Assembly (NCBI GenBank): GCA_965237525.1
Contig: CBDEFO010000008.1
Coordinates: forward strand, 1,696,001-1,760,000
From: Candidatus Latescibacterota bacterium
GTDB lineage: Bacteria; Latescibacterota; CBDEFO01
Length of the DNA: 64,000 nt
Reading direction: 5' to 3'
The translations under genes and the position numbers were made by a program. This document shows, piece after piece, positions 1-9,756 of this stretch. The notes beneath the pieces are model-generated. The model was not told where the DNA came from, made no database searches, and was given only the letters and a program-made list of their open reading frames with translations. The number at the start of each line of letters is the position of its first letter. Position 1 is the stretch's first letter.

Positions 1-1128
1 GCCCTGGTTCGTGCTCAGCCGCTCGACAATCTGCCGTTGCGCATCGTTTGCGGGGAGTGGGAAGAAGAACTCGCCGAGGCGAGCACCATTGCCGTGGTTA
101 TTCATCGCATCGACACGGGTCTGATCTTCGGAGGTACTGATGAAGCGCGATACACCTTCCGGAACGGAGTTTCCCCTCTCAAGTTGGTCGATGATATCCT
201 CGAAGGCACGGATGTATGAGCGTTCAGTCCTGGCTCGTAGAATGAGTGCGGGTGCAAGGTGAACGACAGGCGTCTGCCCCGAGTCCCTATGACGCTCGAG
301 TGTGGCGTTGTACTCGCCCCGTGCGTCCACGGAGTGCACCCAACTTTTGAGCAGGCCGTCCAGAGGGCCGACCGCCCACAGGGACTCGCCGATATTGTCC
401 AGCTCCTCTTCTATCGAGTGAAGCTCCTGCGGGTCAGGCCGATACTGGGGGTCCAGCATGTCCTGTTCGAGCGTAGGGCTCGCGCCATCGCTCGCCGGAG
501 CAACAGTTAGCGTTCCGCTTTCTGCGTCGAATTCGACGTTGACACGGGCAACAGCCAAATGTCGTCGGACTGTATGGCCGTCCGGAAGGTTCCAGTTCAG
601 ATAACCAAGTCCGAAGGCGATCTCGAATGCCTCACCAAGACGTTGCTGCCGTTGGAACATTGAGAAGAGGTCCGTGTAGATTCCTCCAACGGCCTGCTCG
701 CGGCAGTCCTCTTCAGACCACGCCCACCAGTAGTCCTCGATGTACCTGTCCCACACGGTCTGCACTTCTGGATGGTCCTCCAGCCTAAGCGGGAGATCTT
801 CCGAGGATTCGCCGAGGAGCGTTGTGTACAATTCAGGCATGTCGAGGGATGAATCGTTGAGTTGCTCTCGCCGCACCCAATTCTGTGCGAGTTCAGGTGG
901 CTCCGGGGGCCGCTTCAGGCGTGGCCTACGAATCTCGAGCCATGGTTTGTCGGACACGTCGTCCACATCGCGATGCCAGGCGATACAGTCGCAGCCCGGC
1001 TGCTGCGGTATATCGGATACCCAGATCACTTGCTCATAGGCATCGACATCGCGAACCGTCCTGGTGCGGAGTTGCGCAAACTCCTTTAGGAATGTGTATA
1101 GGGCAACAGCTCTCTCGCGTTCGCTCAC
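1..1128 (-). CDS. Large SF1 (Upf1/DNA2-like) helicase/AAA-domain protein, N-terminal part; runs off the window
   Basis: Not in the ORF track because it has no stop in the window. Manual translation from GTG 1128 (GGAGG upstream) is open for 376 codons: MSERERAVALYTFLKEFAQLRTRTVRDVDAYEQVIW...FFFPLPANDAQRQIVERLSTNQG. The end resembles the segment just before Walker A in this helicase family; Walker A itself is outside the window. Confidence 0.75.
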   Translation of the reverse strand, partial: MSERERAVALYTFLKEFAQLRTRTVRDVDAYEQVIWVSDIPQQPGCDCIAWHRDVDDVSDKPWLEIRRPRLKRPPEPPELAQNWVRREQLNDSSLDMPELYTTLLGESSEDLPLRLEDHPEVQTVWDRYIEDYWWAWSEEDCREQAVGGIYTDLFSMFQRQQRLGEAFEIAFGLGYLNWNLPDGHTVRRHLAVARVNVEFDAESGTLTVAPASDGASPTLEQDMLDPQYRPDPQELHSIEEELDNIGESLWAVGPLDGLLKSWVHSVDARGEYNATLERHRDSGQTPVVHLAPALILRARTERSYIRAFEDIIDQLERGNSVPEGVSRFISTSEDQTRVDAMNNHGNGARLGEFFFPLPANDAQRQIVERLSTNQG

Positions 1129-1156
1129 GAGCGCCTCCCAACTATTCCCCCGATCT

Positions 1157-1564
1157 TCAAAACAATCCTCCGAGGGCATCCTGGGGGCTGACCGCACTGA
1201 TTGGGGAGCGTTCGTAATCCCTGACGTTCCTGGTGACGATGTGCCGGGCGCCACAGGCACGGGCGGCGGCCACCTGCATCGTGTCCTCGAAGTCCGCCAT
1301 CGGAAGCTCCGCAGCATAGCGGATGCCTTCCGTGTCGGTCATAGCCACTGCTACAAAGCGGGTCAATTCGACAATGAAGTCGCGGGCGCTCACCCTGCCA
1401 CGTGCTGGGGCCACGATGTAGTAGAGGTTCGATACAGAATGCCATGCTATGAATGCGCTCTCAGCGCCATGCTCAATCCGGTCCAGAAGCTCCGAGGCCG
1501 GACCGGAGTGCGGACGCCTGTCGAGGGCGATGTCTATGAGCACGTCGGTGTCCAGAAGTATCAT
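1157..1564 (-). CDS. PIN-domain (VapC-like) toxin
   Basis: ILLDTDVLID N-terminus; DFEDTMQ and IVTRNVRDY acidic PIN motifs; 135 aa. Confidence 0.9.
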   Translation of the reverse strand: MILLDTDVLIDIALDRRPHSGPASELLDRIEHGAESAFIAWHSVSNLYYIVAPARGRVSARDFIVELTRFVAVAMTDTEGIRYAAELPMADFEDTMQVAAARACGARHIVTRNVRDYERSPISAVSPQDALGGLF

Positions 1565-1788
1565 TCGAGGTACTTCCTGGCCAGTGCGTCGTAACGGAGG
1601 TCGTCTTTATGCTCCGCAGCCCGGAACTTGCCCCGCCACCGCGAGGCGAAAGACGGGGCATGCTCCCCCGCAACCTCCCTGAGAGACTGCTCGATGAGCG
1701 ACGACAGCGACACGCCACGGGAGCGGGCGTACCGCTTGGCTATCGGTAGTAGCTCGGAATCCACGGTGATGGTGAGTTTTTGCTTCAT
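1561..1788 (-). CDS. Ribbon-helix-helix antitoxin (DUF6364-like)
   Basis: MKQKLTITVD...AKRYARSRGVSLSSLIE; ATGA overlap with the PIN gene; start moved to ATG 1788. Confidence 0.85.
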   Translation of the reverse strand: MKQKLTITVDSELLPIAKRYARSRGVSLSSLIEQSLREVAGEHAPSFASRWRGKFRAAEHKDDLRYDALARKYLE

Positions 1789-2011
1789 TGCGACTCGGTG
1801 CTCGCTTTCTAGGTATACCGATACTTTCTCCAAGTATACGTGTATTCAGAATGGCGTTCAAGTGGTCTGCGAACCATTGGCTACCCTGTCGGGGGAGGTT
1901 GGATATGAGCTTCCCTTGCAAGACCAGGGGGTCGGTGATGATGCAAGGAGGGCTTTCGCTCTACAGGGCCAATCGGAACCTCAAGGTGAAAGTTCTTGAT
2001 TTCGTCAAGTC

Positions 2012-2088
2012 TGGTGGGCGGTACTGGATTCGAACCAGTGACCTCTTGCATGTCAAGCAAGTACTCTAACCACCTGAGCTAACCGCCC
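2012..2088 (-). tRNA. tRNA-Val(GAC)
   Basis: Cloverleaf: GGGCGGT/ACCGCCC acceptor stem, CTTGC-TT-GAC-AT-GCAAG anticodon arm, TTCGAAT T-loop, encoded CCA. Confidence 0.97.
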
Positions 2089-2179
2089 CACTGTCTAAGC
2101 CATTGCCCGAAGACAAACTTAAACGCGCTTGAGACTAAAGCGGCCACAAAGCTTAGGCACACTCGCGTCCTGATTCTTA

Positions 2180-2208
2180 AATATACAAATCTATTTAACT
2201 TAATGCAA
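2180..2208 (-). promoter_or_regulatory. sigma70-like promoter for tRNA-Val
   Basis: TTGCAT-N17-TATATT on the minus strand. Confidence 0.55.
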
Positions 2209-2284
2209 GAAAAATGGACTCTTGAAGATATAGCGTGCAGTAGACGGCGCAATCCTCCTCCCCCATTACAACGAGCTACTGAAG

Positions 2285-2812
2285 TTAGGGGGAGGATATT
2301 TCAAGCTCTGTCTCCTTTTTCAATTTCCTGAGCTGGTTTTTGAGAAGCTGTCTTTTTAAGGGCGTAAAATGGTCTATGATGAGCACCCCATCGAGGTGAT
2401 CTATCTCGTGCTGTATTACGCGCGCCAGCATGCCCTCCACCTCAGCTTCCAATCTTTCTCCCTCAGTATTGCTCCATCGGACACTTATTTTGTATGCTCT
2501 TTCGACCTCTCCGTATATCTCCGGAAGGCTCAAGCAGCCTTCCTCACGTATGTCCTCTCCTTCTTTGAGCAGTATCTCTGGATTGATCATCCCCATAGGC
2601 TTGTACGTCGGGTCGCAGTGTCCCGCATCAACGACTATAACGCGTTCGGATGCGCCTATCTGTGGAGCGGCTAATCCCACTCCTTCGGCATCGTACAGTG
2701 TCTGGAACATATTGTCAACAAGCTGTACGATCTCCTTATCTATCACCGCCACGGGGTCGGATTTTTGCCTTAATACAGCATCTCCGTATTTTCTGATTCT
2801 TAAAAGGGCCAT
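2285..2812 (-). CDS. def: Peptide deformylase
   Basis: GVGLAAPQIG, EGCLS and HEIDHLDG motifs; ATG 2812. Confidence 0.97.
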   Translation of the reverse strand: MALLRIRKYGDAVLRQKSDPVAVIDKEIVQLVDNMFQTLYDAEGVGLAAPQIGASERVIVVDAGHCDPTYKPMGMINPEILLKEGEDIREEGCLSLPEIYGEVERAYKISVRWSNTEGERLEAEVEGMLARVIQHEIDHLDGVLIIDHFTPLKRQLLKNQLRKLKKETELEISSP

Positions 2813-2901
2813 CCCAAAATGTAGTAGACAGCAAACAGTAGACGGCATACGGGGAAGAGACGAACTGACCGTGTTAGCCCCCCGAATGATTCTATCGCGG
2901 G

Positions 2902-3732
2902 CTATTGACTTCTATCTACTTGTCTCAGGGTTTCATTCAAGCTACCGCTTCTGTATCCCTTCAGGTCTAAAGTTACGTAAGTATATCCCAACTCCTTAAA
3001 TCGCTCATGGACCTTTTCCCTTACTTCGCCGTGAAAGAACCTTTCCATCTCCTCCTGTGGCACCTCTATGCGGGCGATCTTCTCCTGTGAGTGGTGTCTG
3101 ACCCTTACCTGAACAAATCCCAGGCTCCTCAAGAACTGTTCTGCTTTATCCACTGACTTAAGTCCTTCTCTGGTTATGACCGTTCCGTATGGAAATCTGG
3201 ATGAAAGGCAGGCTGTCGCGGGCCTGTCCCAGACGGAAAGGCCCCATTTTTTGGAGAGCTGTCTTACGTCCTCTTTAGTCATTGCGGCATCTTTGAGGGG
3301 CGCTCTGACTTCCATTTCGTCCGCTGCCTGCATGCCGGGTCTGTAGTCGCCGCCGTCGTCGTAGTTGGCTCCGTATATGATCCAGTGCATGTCCTCCTGG
3401 GCGGCTACTTCTTCGAGTTTAGTAAAGAGTTCCATCTTGCAGAAATAGCATCTGTTCTGAGGGTTTGTAAAGTAGTCAGGGTTCTTTATCTCCTCTGTGG
3501 CTATGACTTTGTGTCTGATGCCGATGTCCTTTGCCAGCTCTATGGCTTCTTCGAGTTCCCCTTCGGCATAGCTCTCCGAATCGGCGGTTACTGCAAGGGC
3601 TGCATCTTTTAGGACATCGTATGCCGCTTTGGCTAAACACGCACTATCGACACCTCCTGAATAGGCGACTATAACGCTATCCATCGATCTCAAGATGGCA
3701 TTCAGGTTGTCCAACTTCTCTTTGAGCGTCAA
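2902..3732 (-). CDS. larE: ATP-dependent sacrificial sulfur transferase, LarE family
   Basis: PP-loop AYSGGVDS, RCYFCK, DYRPG, ACLSSRFPYG, GYRSGSLN. Confidence 0.92.
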   Translation of the reverse strand: MTLKEKLDNLNAILRSMDSVIVAYSGGVDSACLAKAAYDVLKDAALAVTADSESYAEGELEEAIELAKDIGIRHKVIATEEIKNPDYFTNPQNRCYFCKMELFTKLEEVAAQEDMHWIIYGANYDDGGDYRPGMQAADEMEVRAPLKDAAMTKEDVRQLSKKWGLSVWDRPATACLSSRFPYGTVITREGLKSVDKAEQFLRSLGFVQVRVRHHSQEKIARIEVPQEEMERFFHGEVREKVHERFKELGYTYVTLDLKGYRSGSLNETLRQVDRSQ

Positions 3733-5155
3733 AGGTCTCCTCTTTTCTTTTGTGTTTGACTCCAGCCGGGAGCATCACCGCGTCCACCATGCCGTGAAGG
3801 AGCTTCTTATCCGAGGGGCACACAGTGGCAAGTATCCCGTCAAGTCTGACTGAATCGTCTATGACAAAGTAGTAGGGGCACAGACGCACTCTTCCGTCCA
3901 TTGTCTTGATCTGGCTATCGTTAAAGTCGTAGTAGTCTATCTGTACTCTCTTCCCCTTGTGGAATTTTTGAAGGATGTAGGGGGTGTCCTCAAATTTTGA
4001 AAGCCCATTTAGGATCGCTTCTTTCCAGTCATCCTGCGACAGATCTGCTCCGACAGAGATGCCTCTACTTCCCCACGCAAGCTCGGAGTAGCCAGAGGGC
4101 TTGATCAAAAAGTCCCTCTCCCTTTGTCCCCAAGATAAAAGGTCGCTCCAGCGGCAGACCCCTCGGCCGTCCACGGATAGCCCCGGTATGACGGCATAGG
4201 GAGGTATCTTTCGGGGGTCGAGTATCCAGGTTCGAGGAAATACGTTACTCAACACGTGATAGGTCTCCCCTCCCATCTCGTTTATCCAAAAGCTTTTGAG
4301 GACAGGATGATGGAAAAGCGCAAAGAGCATCTTCTCCTCGAGGTATCCTTTAAATGGAGGTGTGACCACTACAGTCCTCTTCTTGGCACTGTACATAATA
4401 AGTTCCCATTTGGGTATATTCTTTAGATCGAAGAGCTCGAAGAATCTGTAGAGTACATCTATTTTGGTCTGTTCTCCTTCTACGTTCAAGAAGATCCCAT
4501 CTTCAGAGAAGATCAGGTCTTTAGGTTTAACAACATAAGTCGAAAGACCGGAGTTGTTTAAGTGTCCCCCGAGCCAGACCATCTCGTCCCAGTAATCATC
4601 GGCTTCATCGGACACCACGATTGCCAGATTTGGTTGTTCGACCTTTGAAACGGAGCAGATCATCTCCCCAAATCCTCTTACCATCCCATCGGGCCCGCCT
4701 ACAATTGGCTCGTCGAACATCCCGTACCTTTGGGAAAGTCCGGCTGTAAATCCGATTCCCCCTGGCACTGAGTCGAGTTCGGACACGATTATTCCGTCGT
4801 CGGTGAAGATCACGTCGGGCCTTATGATAAGAGGGAGTTGAGTCCTTATCCTCTTCATTTTTCCGTACTCGATGAGAAATTCCGGCTTGCCCTTATCCAG
4901 GTACTCTGAGACCCATTGAGGCTGTATCCCTCTTGTGCTCTGGAGGTATAGCCTGTTGCAGGCTCGGTAAAACGACAGCAGATGATTTCCGAAATCCTCA
5001 AGTTGCACAAACAACTGGTTATCTATCCAGAAGGGATCAGGAGAGATTCTCCACACGCTGTTGGATTCCGGATGCACCTCTTTTTTCTCTCCTGCAAAGA
5101 GCCCACCTTTCGGTGTCATATCATTTATTATCAAACACTTATCTTTAGGATCCAC
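3677..5155 (-). CDS. Circularly permuted ATP-grasp / glutathionylspermidine-synthase-like ligase
   Basis: IIRPD...ELDSVPGGIG, EEKMLFALF, PRTW, LIKPSG...WGSRG, YILQKF; overlaps larE by 56 nt. Confidence 0.65.
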   Translation of the reverse strand: MDPKDKCLIINDMTPKGGLFAGEKKEVHPESNSVWRISPDPFWIDNQLFVQLEDFGNHLLSFYRACNRLYLQSTRGIQPQWVSEYLDKGKPEFLIEYGKMKRIRTQLPLIIRPDVIFTDDGIIVSELDSVPGGIGFTAGLSQRYGMFDEPIVGGPDGMVRGFGEMICSVSKVEQPNLAIVVSDEADDYWDEMVWLGGHLNNSGLSTYVVKPKDLIFSEDGIFLNVEGEQTKIDVLYRFFELFDLKNIPKWELIMYSAKKRTVVVTPPFKGYLEEKMLFALFHHPVLKSFWINEMGGETYHVLSNVFPRTWILDPRKIPPYAVIPGLSVDGRGVCRWSDLLSWGQRERDFLIKPSGYSELAWGSRGISVGADLSQDDWKEAILNGLSKFEDTPYILQKFHKGKRVQIDYYDFNDSQIKTMDGRVRLCPYYFVIDDSVRLDGILATVCPSDKKLLHGMVDAVMLPAGVKHKRKEETFDAQREVGQPECHLEIDG

Positions 5156-5382
5156 CGTCTGCTCTTCGTAAACTTGGGTATTTCAATGGGCTTTTAGACC
5201 TTCTTCTGATACCACATACATGAGTAGACAGCATACAGGGGAAGGCCGGGAGCCTGTCTAACGTTTGCCTAATTTCTAAAGTACTCAACATTTGTCTTGC
5301 ACCACAACAGTTCAAGTATAACGAATTTTGTTCCCGTAGTCAAATACTTTTCAACTAATTTCATCACACCAGGGAGGTTTTC

Positions 5383-5411
5383 TTGACAAACTCCCTTTCA
5401 GACCTTAGATT
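5383..5411 (+). promoter_or_regulatory. sigma70-like promoter upstream of VKOR-mcm
   Basis: TTGACA-N17-TAGATT. Confidence 0.55.
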
Positions 5412-5438
5412 TAGGTCTTAAGAATTTAGGTCTTAAGA
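5409..5438. repeat. Exact 15-bp tandem duplication
   Basis: ATTTAGGTCTTAAGA x2. Confidence 0.9.
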
Positions 5439-5456
5439 AAGGAGCGCCCGAGATCC

Positions 5457-5882
5457 ATGGTCTATGTCATTTTGCTTTTAGCCTTCCTGGGTCTTTATAT
5501 ATCGGGCTACTTTACCCTCGTATATTACAGAATAATCGAACCCGATAGCAGATGGATTCCCTCTTTCTGCAGGATGAAAGAGGCGCAGTGTATAAGCATC
5601 CTGATGACGCCCTATGCGAAAGTTTTCTGGCTCCCTAACTTCACTTTGGGGATAGTCTATTATTTTTCTATTATCTTTTTGACCGCTTCAGGGGCGCTAA
5701 TAAGCGTTTTAGATGTCCTTTTGGGCATCTCATTTTTTACCGTTACTTTAGGAATATACCTTACATACGCTTTATTCTTCAAAATAGAGGTATCGTGTCC
5801 CTTATGTCTGACCAGCCACGCTATTAACTTATCTCTTGCAGTTTTGTTTTTGTTTCTGAAGACCACTGGTCTGGAGATATGA
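5457..5882 (+). CDS. Vitamin K epoxide reductase (VKOR) family membrane protein
   Basis: About 4 TM segments; loop Cys pair (FC...QC), YAKVF.LPN, CPLC redox motif. Confidence 0.85.
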   Translation: MVYVILLLAFLGLYISGYFTLVYYRIIEPDSRWIPSFCRMKEAQCISILMTPYAKVFWLPNFTLGIVYYFSIIFLTASGALISVLDVLLGISFFTVTLGIYLTYALFFKIEVSCPLCLTSHAINLSLAVLFLFLKTTGLEI

Positions 5883-7531
5883 AAAACTTCAAACGTGAAA
5901 AGGAAGATTGGAAAAGGGGAGTCCTCGAAGAGGCTAAATCCCGGCATCCCGAAAGGAAGGAATCGTTCGAGACGGCCTCGGGGATAAGGCTTGAGGGGCT
6001 GAACACTCCGGATGATAACAGAGATTATCTGGCGGAAACAGGATTCCCCGGTCAGTTCCCGTTCACAAGGGGCATATATCCTACTATGTACAGGGGACGC
6101 CTGTGGACGATGAGGCAGTATGCGGGCTATGCCACCGCCAAGGAGTCGAACAGGCGTTTCCGATACCTTCTGGAACAGGGCCAGACGGGTTTGAGCGTGG
6201 CGTTTGACCTCCCGACTCAGATGGGCTACGATTCCGATCACACTATGTCCTCAGGAGAGGTCGGCAAAGTTGGCGTCCCCGTTTCATCTCTGAGCGATAT
6301 GGAGGTCCTCTTTGAGCAGATACCTCTGGATAAAGTCAGCACATCTATGACGATAAATGCGACTGCCTCCATTCTGATGGCAATGTACATAGCTCTGGCA
6401 GAAAAGCAGGGGGTCCCTCTACCCAAGCTCTCAGGGACGGTTCAAAACGATATACTGAAGGAATATATAGCAAGGGGGACATATATCTTCCCACCAGGGG
6501 CCTCGATGCGTCTTGTGACTGACATTTTCAGCTATTGCAAGGAGCACGTTCCACTGTGGAATACTATAAGCATAAGCGGCTATCACATGCGGGAGGCAGG
6601 GGCGACAGCTGTTCAGGAGGTTGCGTTCACTTTTTCCAACGCCATAGCGTACGTGGAAGCGGCACAGAATGCGGGTCTGAAGATAGAGGAGTTCGCTCCG
6701 AGGCTTTCCTTCTTCTTCGGTGTGCACAACGAGTTTCTGGAGGAGGTAGCCAAGTTTCGCGCGGCAAGGAGGCTGTGGGCAAAGATAGTGTCCGAACGCT
6801 TCGGATGCGACCATAAAGCCTCTCAACTCCTGCGCTTTCACGCTCAGACGGACGGGAGCACTCTGACAGCTCAACAGCCTCTTAACAATATCGTGAGGGT
6901 ATCTTTACAGGCTCTGGCAGCCGTGTTAGGCGGGGCGCAGTCGCTTCACTGCAATTCGTTCGACGAAGCGCTGTCTCTACCGAGCGAAGAGGGAGCAGGA
7001 TTGGCTCTAAGAACCCAGCAGATTATGGCCTACGAGTCCGGCATAACTTCTGTAGTTGATGCGCTGGGAGGGTCCTACACTGTAGAGTATCTCACCGACG
7101 AAATCGAAAAGAGGGCGGTCGAGTACATAGAAAAGATAGACGCTATGGGTGGGGCTGTAAAGGCAATTGGGGAGGGATATATCCAGGACCAGATTCACCA
7201 GAGTGCGTACAGGTATCAAAAGGAGATAGAGGGTGCCGAGAGAGTAGTTGTGGGTGTGAACAAGTTCACTGAAAAGGACGAGCAAAGGGACTTGTTCAGA
7301 GTCGACCCTGATGCCGAAAAGATCCAGATCGAGAATCTGAACGCTCTCAAGTCAGAAAGGGACACTAGGGGGCTCCAGAAATCCCTTTCAGCGTTGAACA
7401 GTGCCGCCCGTCGCGACGACAATCTGATGCCCTTTATTCTGGACGCAGTCAAATCTTACGCTACAGTGGGGGAGATATGCGATGTGTTGAGGGAAGTATT
7501 CGGCGTACAGAGGGAGTTCCTTAAGTTTTGA
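5879..7531 (+). CDS. Methylmalonyl-CoA/acyl-CoA mutase, catalytic subunit without B12-binding domain
   Basis: [56 protein letters not shown]. Confidence 0.95.
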   Translation: MKNFKREKEDWKRGVLEEAKSRHPERKESFETASGIRLEGLNTPDDNRDYLAETGFPGQFPFTRGIYPTMYRGRLWTMRQYAGYATAKESNRRFRYLLEQGQTGLSVAFDLPTQMGYDSDHTMSSGEVGKVGVPVSSLSDMEVLFEQIPLDKVSTSMTINATASILMAMYIALAEKQGVPLPKLSGTVQNDILKEYIARGTYIFPPGASMRLVTDIFSYCKEHVPLWNTISISGYHMREAGATAVQEVAFTFSNAIAYVEAAQNAGLKIEEFAPRLSFFFGVHNEFLEEVAKFRAARRLWAKIVSERFGCDHKASQLLRFHAQTDGSTLTAQQPLNNIVRVSLQALAAVLGGAQSLHCNSFDEALSLPSEEGAGLALRTQQIMAYESGITSVVDALGGSYTVEYLTDEIEKRAVEYIEKIDAMGGAVKAIGEGYIQDQIHQSAYRYQKEIEGAERVVVGVNKFTEKDEQRDLFRVDPDAEKIQIENLNALKSERDTRGLQKSLSALNSAARRDDNLMPFILDAVKSYATVGEICDVLREVFGVQREFLKF

Positions 7532-7750
7532 TCGGGCGGGCAAAAAAGGCGGTGTGGGCAATAGGTACGTAGTTGTTGTCCCTTTTCATGGCTACGAACC
7601 GCCAGCAAGCCGCGACGTGGGTACCGTGGGCGCTTCGTGCGTTCTTGCCAGCTCTTTTTGCAGGGGACACGAAGTGCCAGAAGACTACCACGTGGCGAAG
7701 TGGTCGAAGGTACTCTTTTCAGAACTATGGAGCTGAAGGCTTTTCATCCC

Positions 7751-7776
7751 TTAAACTTAAACTTAAACTTAAACTG
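7751..7776. repeat. Hexamer microsatellite (TTAAAC)4
   Basis: ttaaacttaaacttaaacttaaactg. Confidence 0.7.
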
Positions 7777-7826
7777 AAATCAGGATCATTTCATTCTGAA
7801 AGGTTCAAGGATGGAGATCTGAAAGA

Positions 7827-7994
7827 TCAGCTAGCCCTCGTAATGATCTGTCTTGCTCTATGTTCTCCACCGAAAAGCGAGGTGGCAAGCTTCCTCAAAG
7901 CTTCGGACTTAACGGTGTCGTTCTGAATAGCGTAGAACAGAGCCAGATAGCCCAAACTCCGTTTTATGCCGTCCAGTTTGCTCATCGGTTTCAT
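7827..7994 (-). CDS. Small hypothetical protein, 55 aa
   Basis: AAGGAG RBS then ATG: MKPMSKLDGIKRSLGYLALFYAIQNDTVKSEALRKLATSLFGGEHRARQIITRAS*; below the ORF-track size cut-off. Confidence 0.6.
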   Translation of the reverse strand: MKPMSKLDGIKRSLGYLALFYAIQNDTVKSEALRKLATSLFGGEHRARQIITRAS

Positions 7995-8092
7995 CGGTTG
8001 CGTCTCCTTCTTTATTACTTAATTGATCTGAATCTGGAAACTGACATCTCTTATAATCTGCTCAGTAAGTCGGGTCTTGAATTTAAAGTTGC

Positions 8093-8107
8093 GCAATTTA
8101 TGTGCCA
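8093..8107 (-). promoter_or_regulatory. sigma54 (-24/-12) promoter
   Basis: TGGCAC-ATAAA-TTGC, exact consensus spacing, about 100 nt upstream of the 55-aa ORF. Confidence 0.65.
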
Positions 8108-8367
8108 AGTTGATCACATTCCCTCAAAAACTTCCAGCTTACTTCAACTTTAATGATCAGCAAAGTGCGTTCTTCCCTCTTTCCACACTTCCTCTATATA
8201 CTTGATTTTAATCTGTTTATCATAGAGGTGTAGAATTACATGAAATCTTTTATACTTTGAGACGTGCGGGATTCCCAAAAGACCTTATATACGGTATTTT
8301 CGGGATTCTTCAGTTTAAGTGAGGTGAAAATTTTGCAGTTTGAGAATAAAAGAGGAAAAATTGCGCT

Positions 8368-9756
8368 ATGGACAAGAAATCGAAGCTATGGCGGGGCAGA
8401 TTCTCAAAGGATACAGATCGTTTAATGCAGAAGTTCAACGCTTCAATCGGCTTTGATCGCAGGCTCTTGGAAGTGGATATAAGGGGCAATATAGCGCAGG
8501 CGGAGTCACTGGAGCAGGCGGGTGTGCTTTCAAAAGAGGAGAAGGATCAAGTCATCGAAGGCTTAAAGCAAGTGGAGGCTGAGATTCTATCTGGTCAGTA
8601 TCAGTTGACAGATGACCTGGAAGACATACATACTGCCGTCGAGCTGAGGCTGACAGAACTTGTGGGGCCAGCAGGGGCGAAGATCCACACCGGGAGAAGC
8701 AGGAACGATCAGGTTGTCTTGGATGAGCGGCTATATTTGATGGACGCCATAGATGGCATAGTGGAGAAGATAACCGAGCTGCAATCTGTGCTCGTCAGGA
8801 GAGCGGAGGAGAATCTGGACGTAATAATGCCTGGCTACACCCACCTTCAAAGAGCGCAGCCCATACTCTTTTCCCACTACGGGATGTCGCTCTTCTGGAT
8901 GCTAGAGAGGGATAAAGGCCGCCTTCAAGATTGCAGAGCTCGTACCGATTCTATGCCCATAGGCTCCGGGGCACTGGCAGGGAGCGCCTTTAAGATAGAT
9001 CGCGCGGAGATGGCCGAAAGATTGGGATTCTCAAAGGTTTCGGAGAACAGTATAGACGCTGTAAGCGATAGGGATTACATTTTGGAATTTCTCTCAGCGG
9101 CGGCGATCCTGATGAGCCACCTCTCCAGGTTCTGCGAGGATCTCATAATCTGGTGCTCCAGTGAATTTGGATTTGTGGAGTTAGACGAGGCGTTTTCCAC
9201 AGGATCAAGCGCTATGCCCCAGAAGAAGAACCCGGATTCTTTAGAGCTCATAAGGGGAAAGTCGGGGCGCATCTACGGAAATCTGATGGCTCTTTTGACA
9301 GCGACTAAGGGTGTCCCACTGGCCTATTCAAAGGATATTCAAGAGGACAAAGAGCCGCTGTTCGATACTGTCGAAACTCTGAACGATATCTTGGATGTCT
9401 TCGCCGGAGTCTGGGACACGATGGAGATAAAGAGCCAAAGGATGTCCTCCTGTGTGGACGATTGGACGCTGACTACAGATATAGCCGATTATCTGACTAA
9501 AAAGGGGGTACCCTTCAGAGAAAGCCACACGATAGTGGGCGAATTAGTGAAAGAGTGTATGTCCCAAGGCGTGGAACTCCGCGACCTTCCACTGGAGGAG
9601 TTCAAAAGATTCTCACAGAGTTTCGAAGATGATGTCTATGGGATAATGGACGCAGTAAAGAGCGTAAACTCGAGGGACATCAAAGGAGGTACGGCAAAAA
9701 GTTCCGTACAGGAACAGATAGCACGGGCGAAGAAGTTGAATAGAGATGATAAATAA
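8368..9756 (+). CDS. argH: Argininosuccinate lyase
   Basis: LWRGRF, GRSRNDQ, PGYTHLQRAQP, GSSAMPQKKNPD. Confidence 0.98.
   Translation: MDKKSKLWRGRFSKDTDRLMQKFNASIGFDRRLLEVDIRGNIAQAESLEQAGVLSKEEKDQVIEGLKQVEAEILSGQYQLTDDLEDIHTAVELRLTELVGPAGAKIHTGRSRNDQVVLDERLYLMDAIDGIVEKITELQSVLVRRAEENLDVIMPGYTHLQRAQPILFSHYGMSLFWMLERDKGRLQDCRARTDSMPIGSGALAGSAFKIDRAEMAERLGFSKVSENSIDAVSDRDYILEFLSAAAILMSHLSRFCEDLIIWCSSEFGFVELDEAFSTGSSAMPQKKNPDSLELIRGKSGRIYGNLMALLTATKGVPLAYSKDIQEDKEPLFDTVETLNDILDVFAGVWDTMEIKSQRMSSCVDDWTLTTDIADYLTKKGVPFRESHTIVGELVKECMSQGVELRDLPLEEFKRFSQSFEDDVYGIMDAVKSVNSRDIKGGTAKSSVQEQIARAKKLNRDDK

Noticed and set aside
37..1217. Several short + strand ORFs
   Set aside because: Shadows of the long open minus-strand frame 1128 to 1
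1900..2011. Possible tyrosine-integrase remnant (SVMMQGGLSLY) beside the tRNA
   Set aside because: Only ~10 residues resemble box II and no catalytic residues are present; cannot be supported
7554..8153. + strand ORFs 7554-7736, 7573-7926 and 7860-8153
   Set aside because: No RBS or family motifs; one merely translates the hexamer tract; the minus-strand small ORF has better signals
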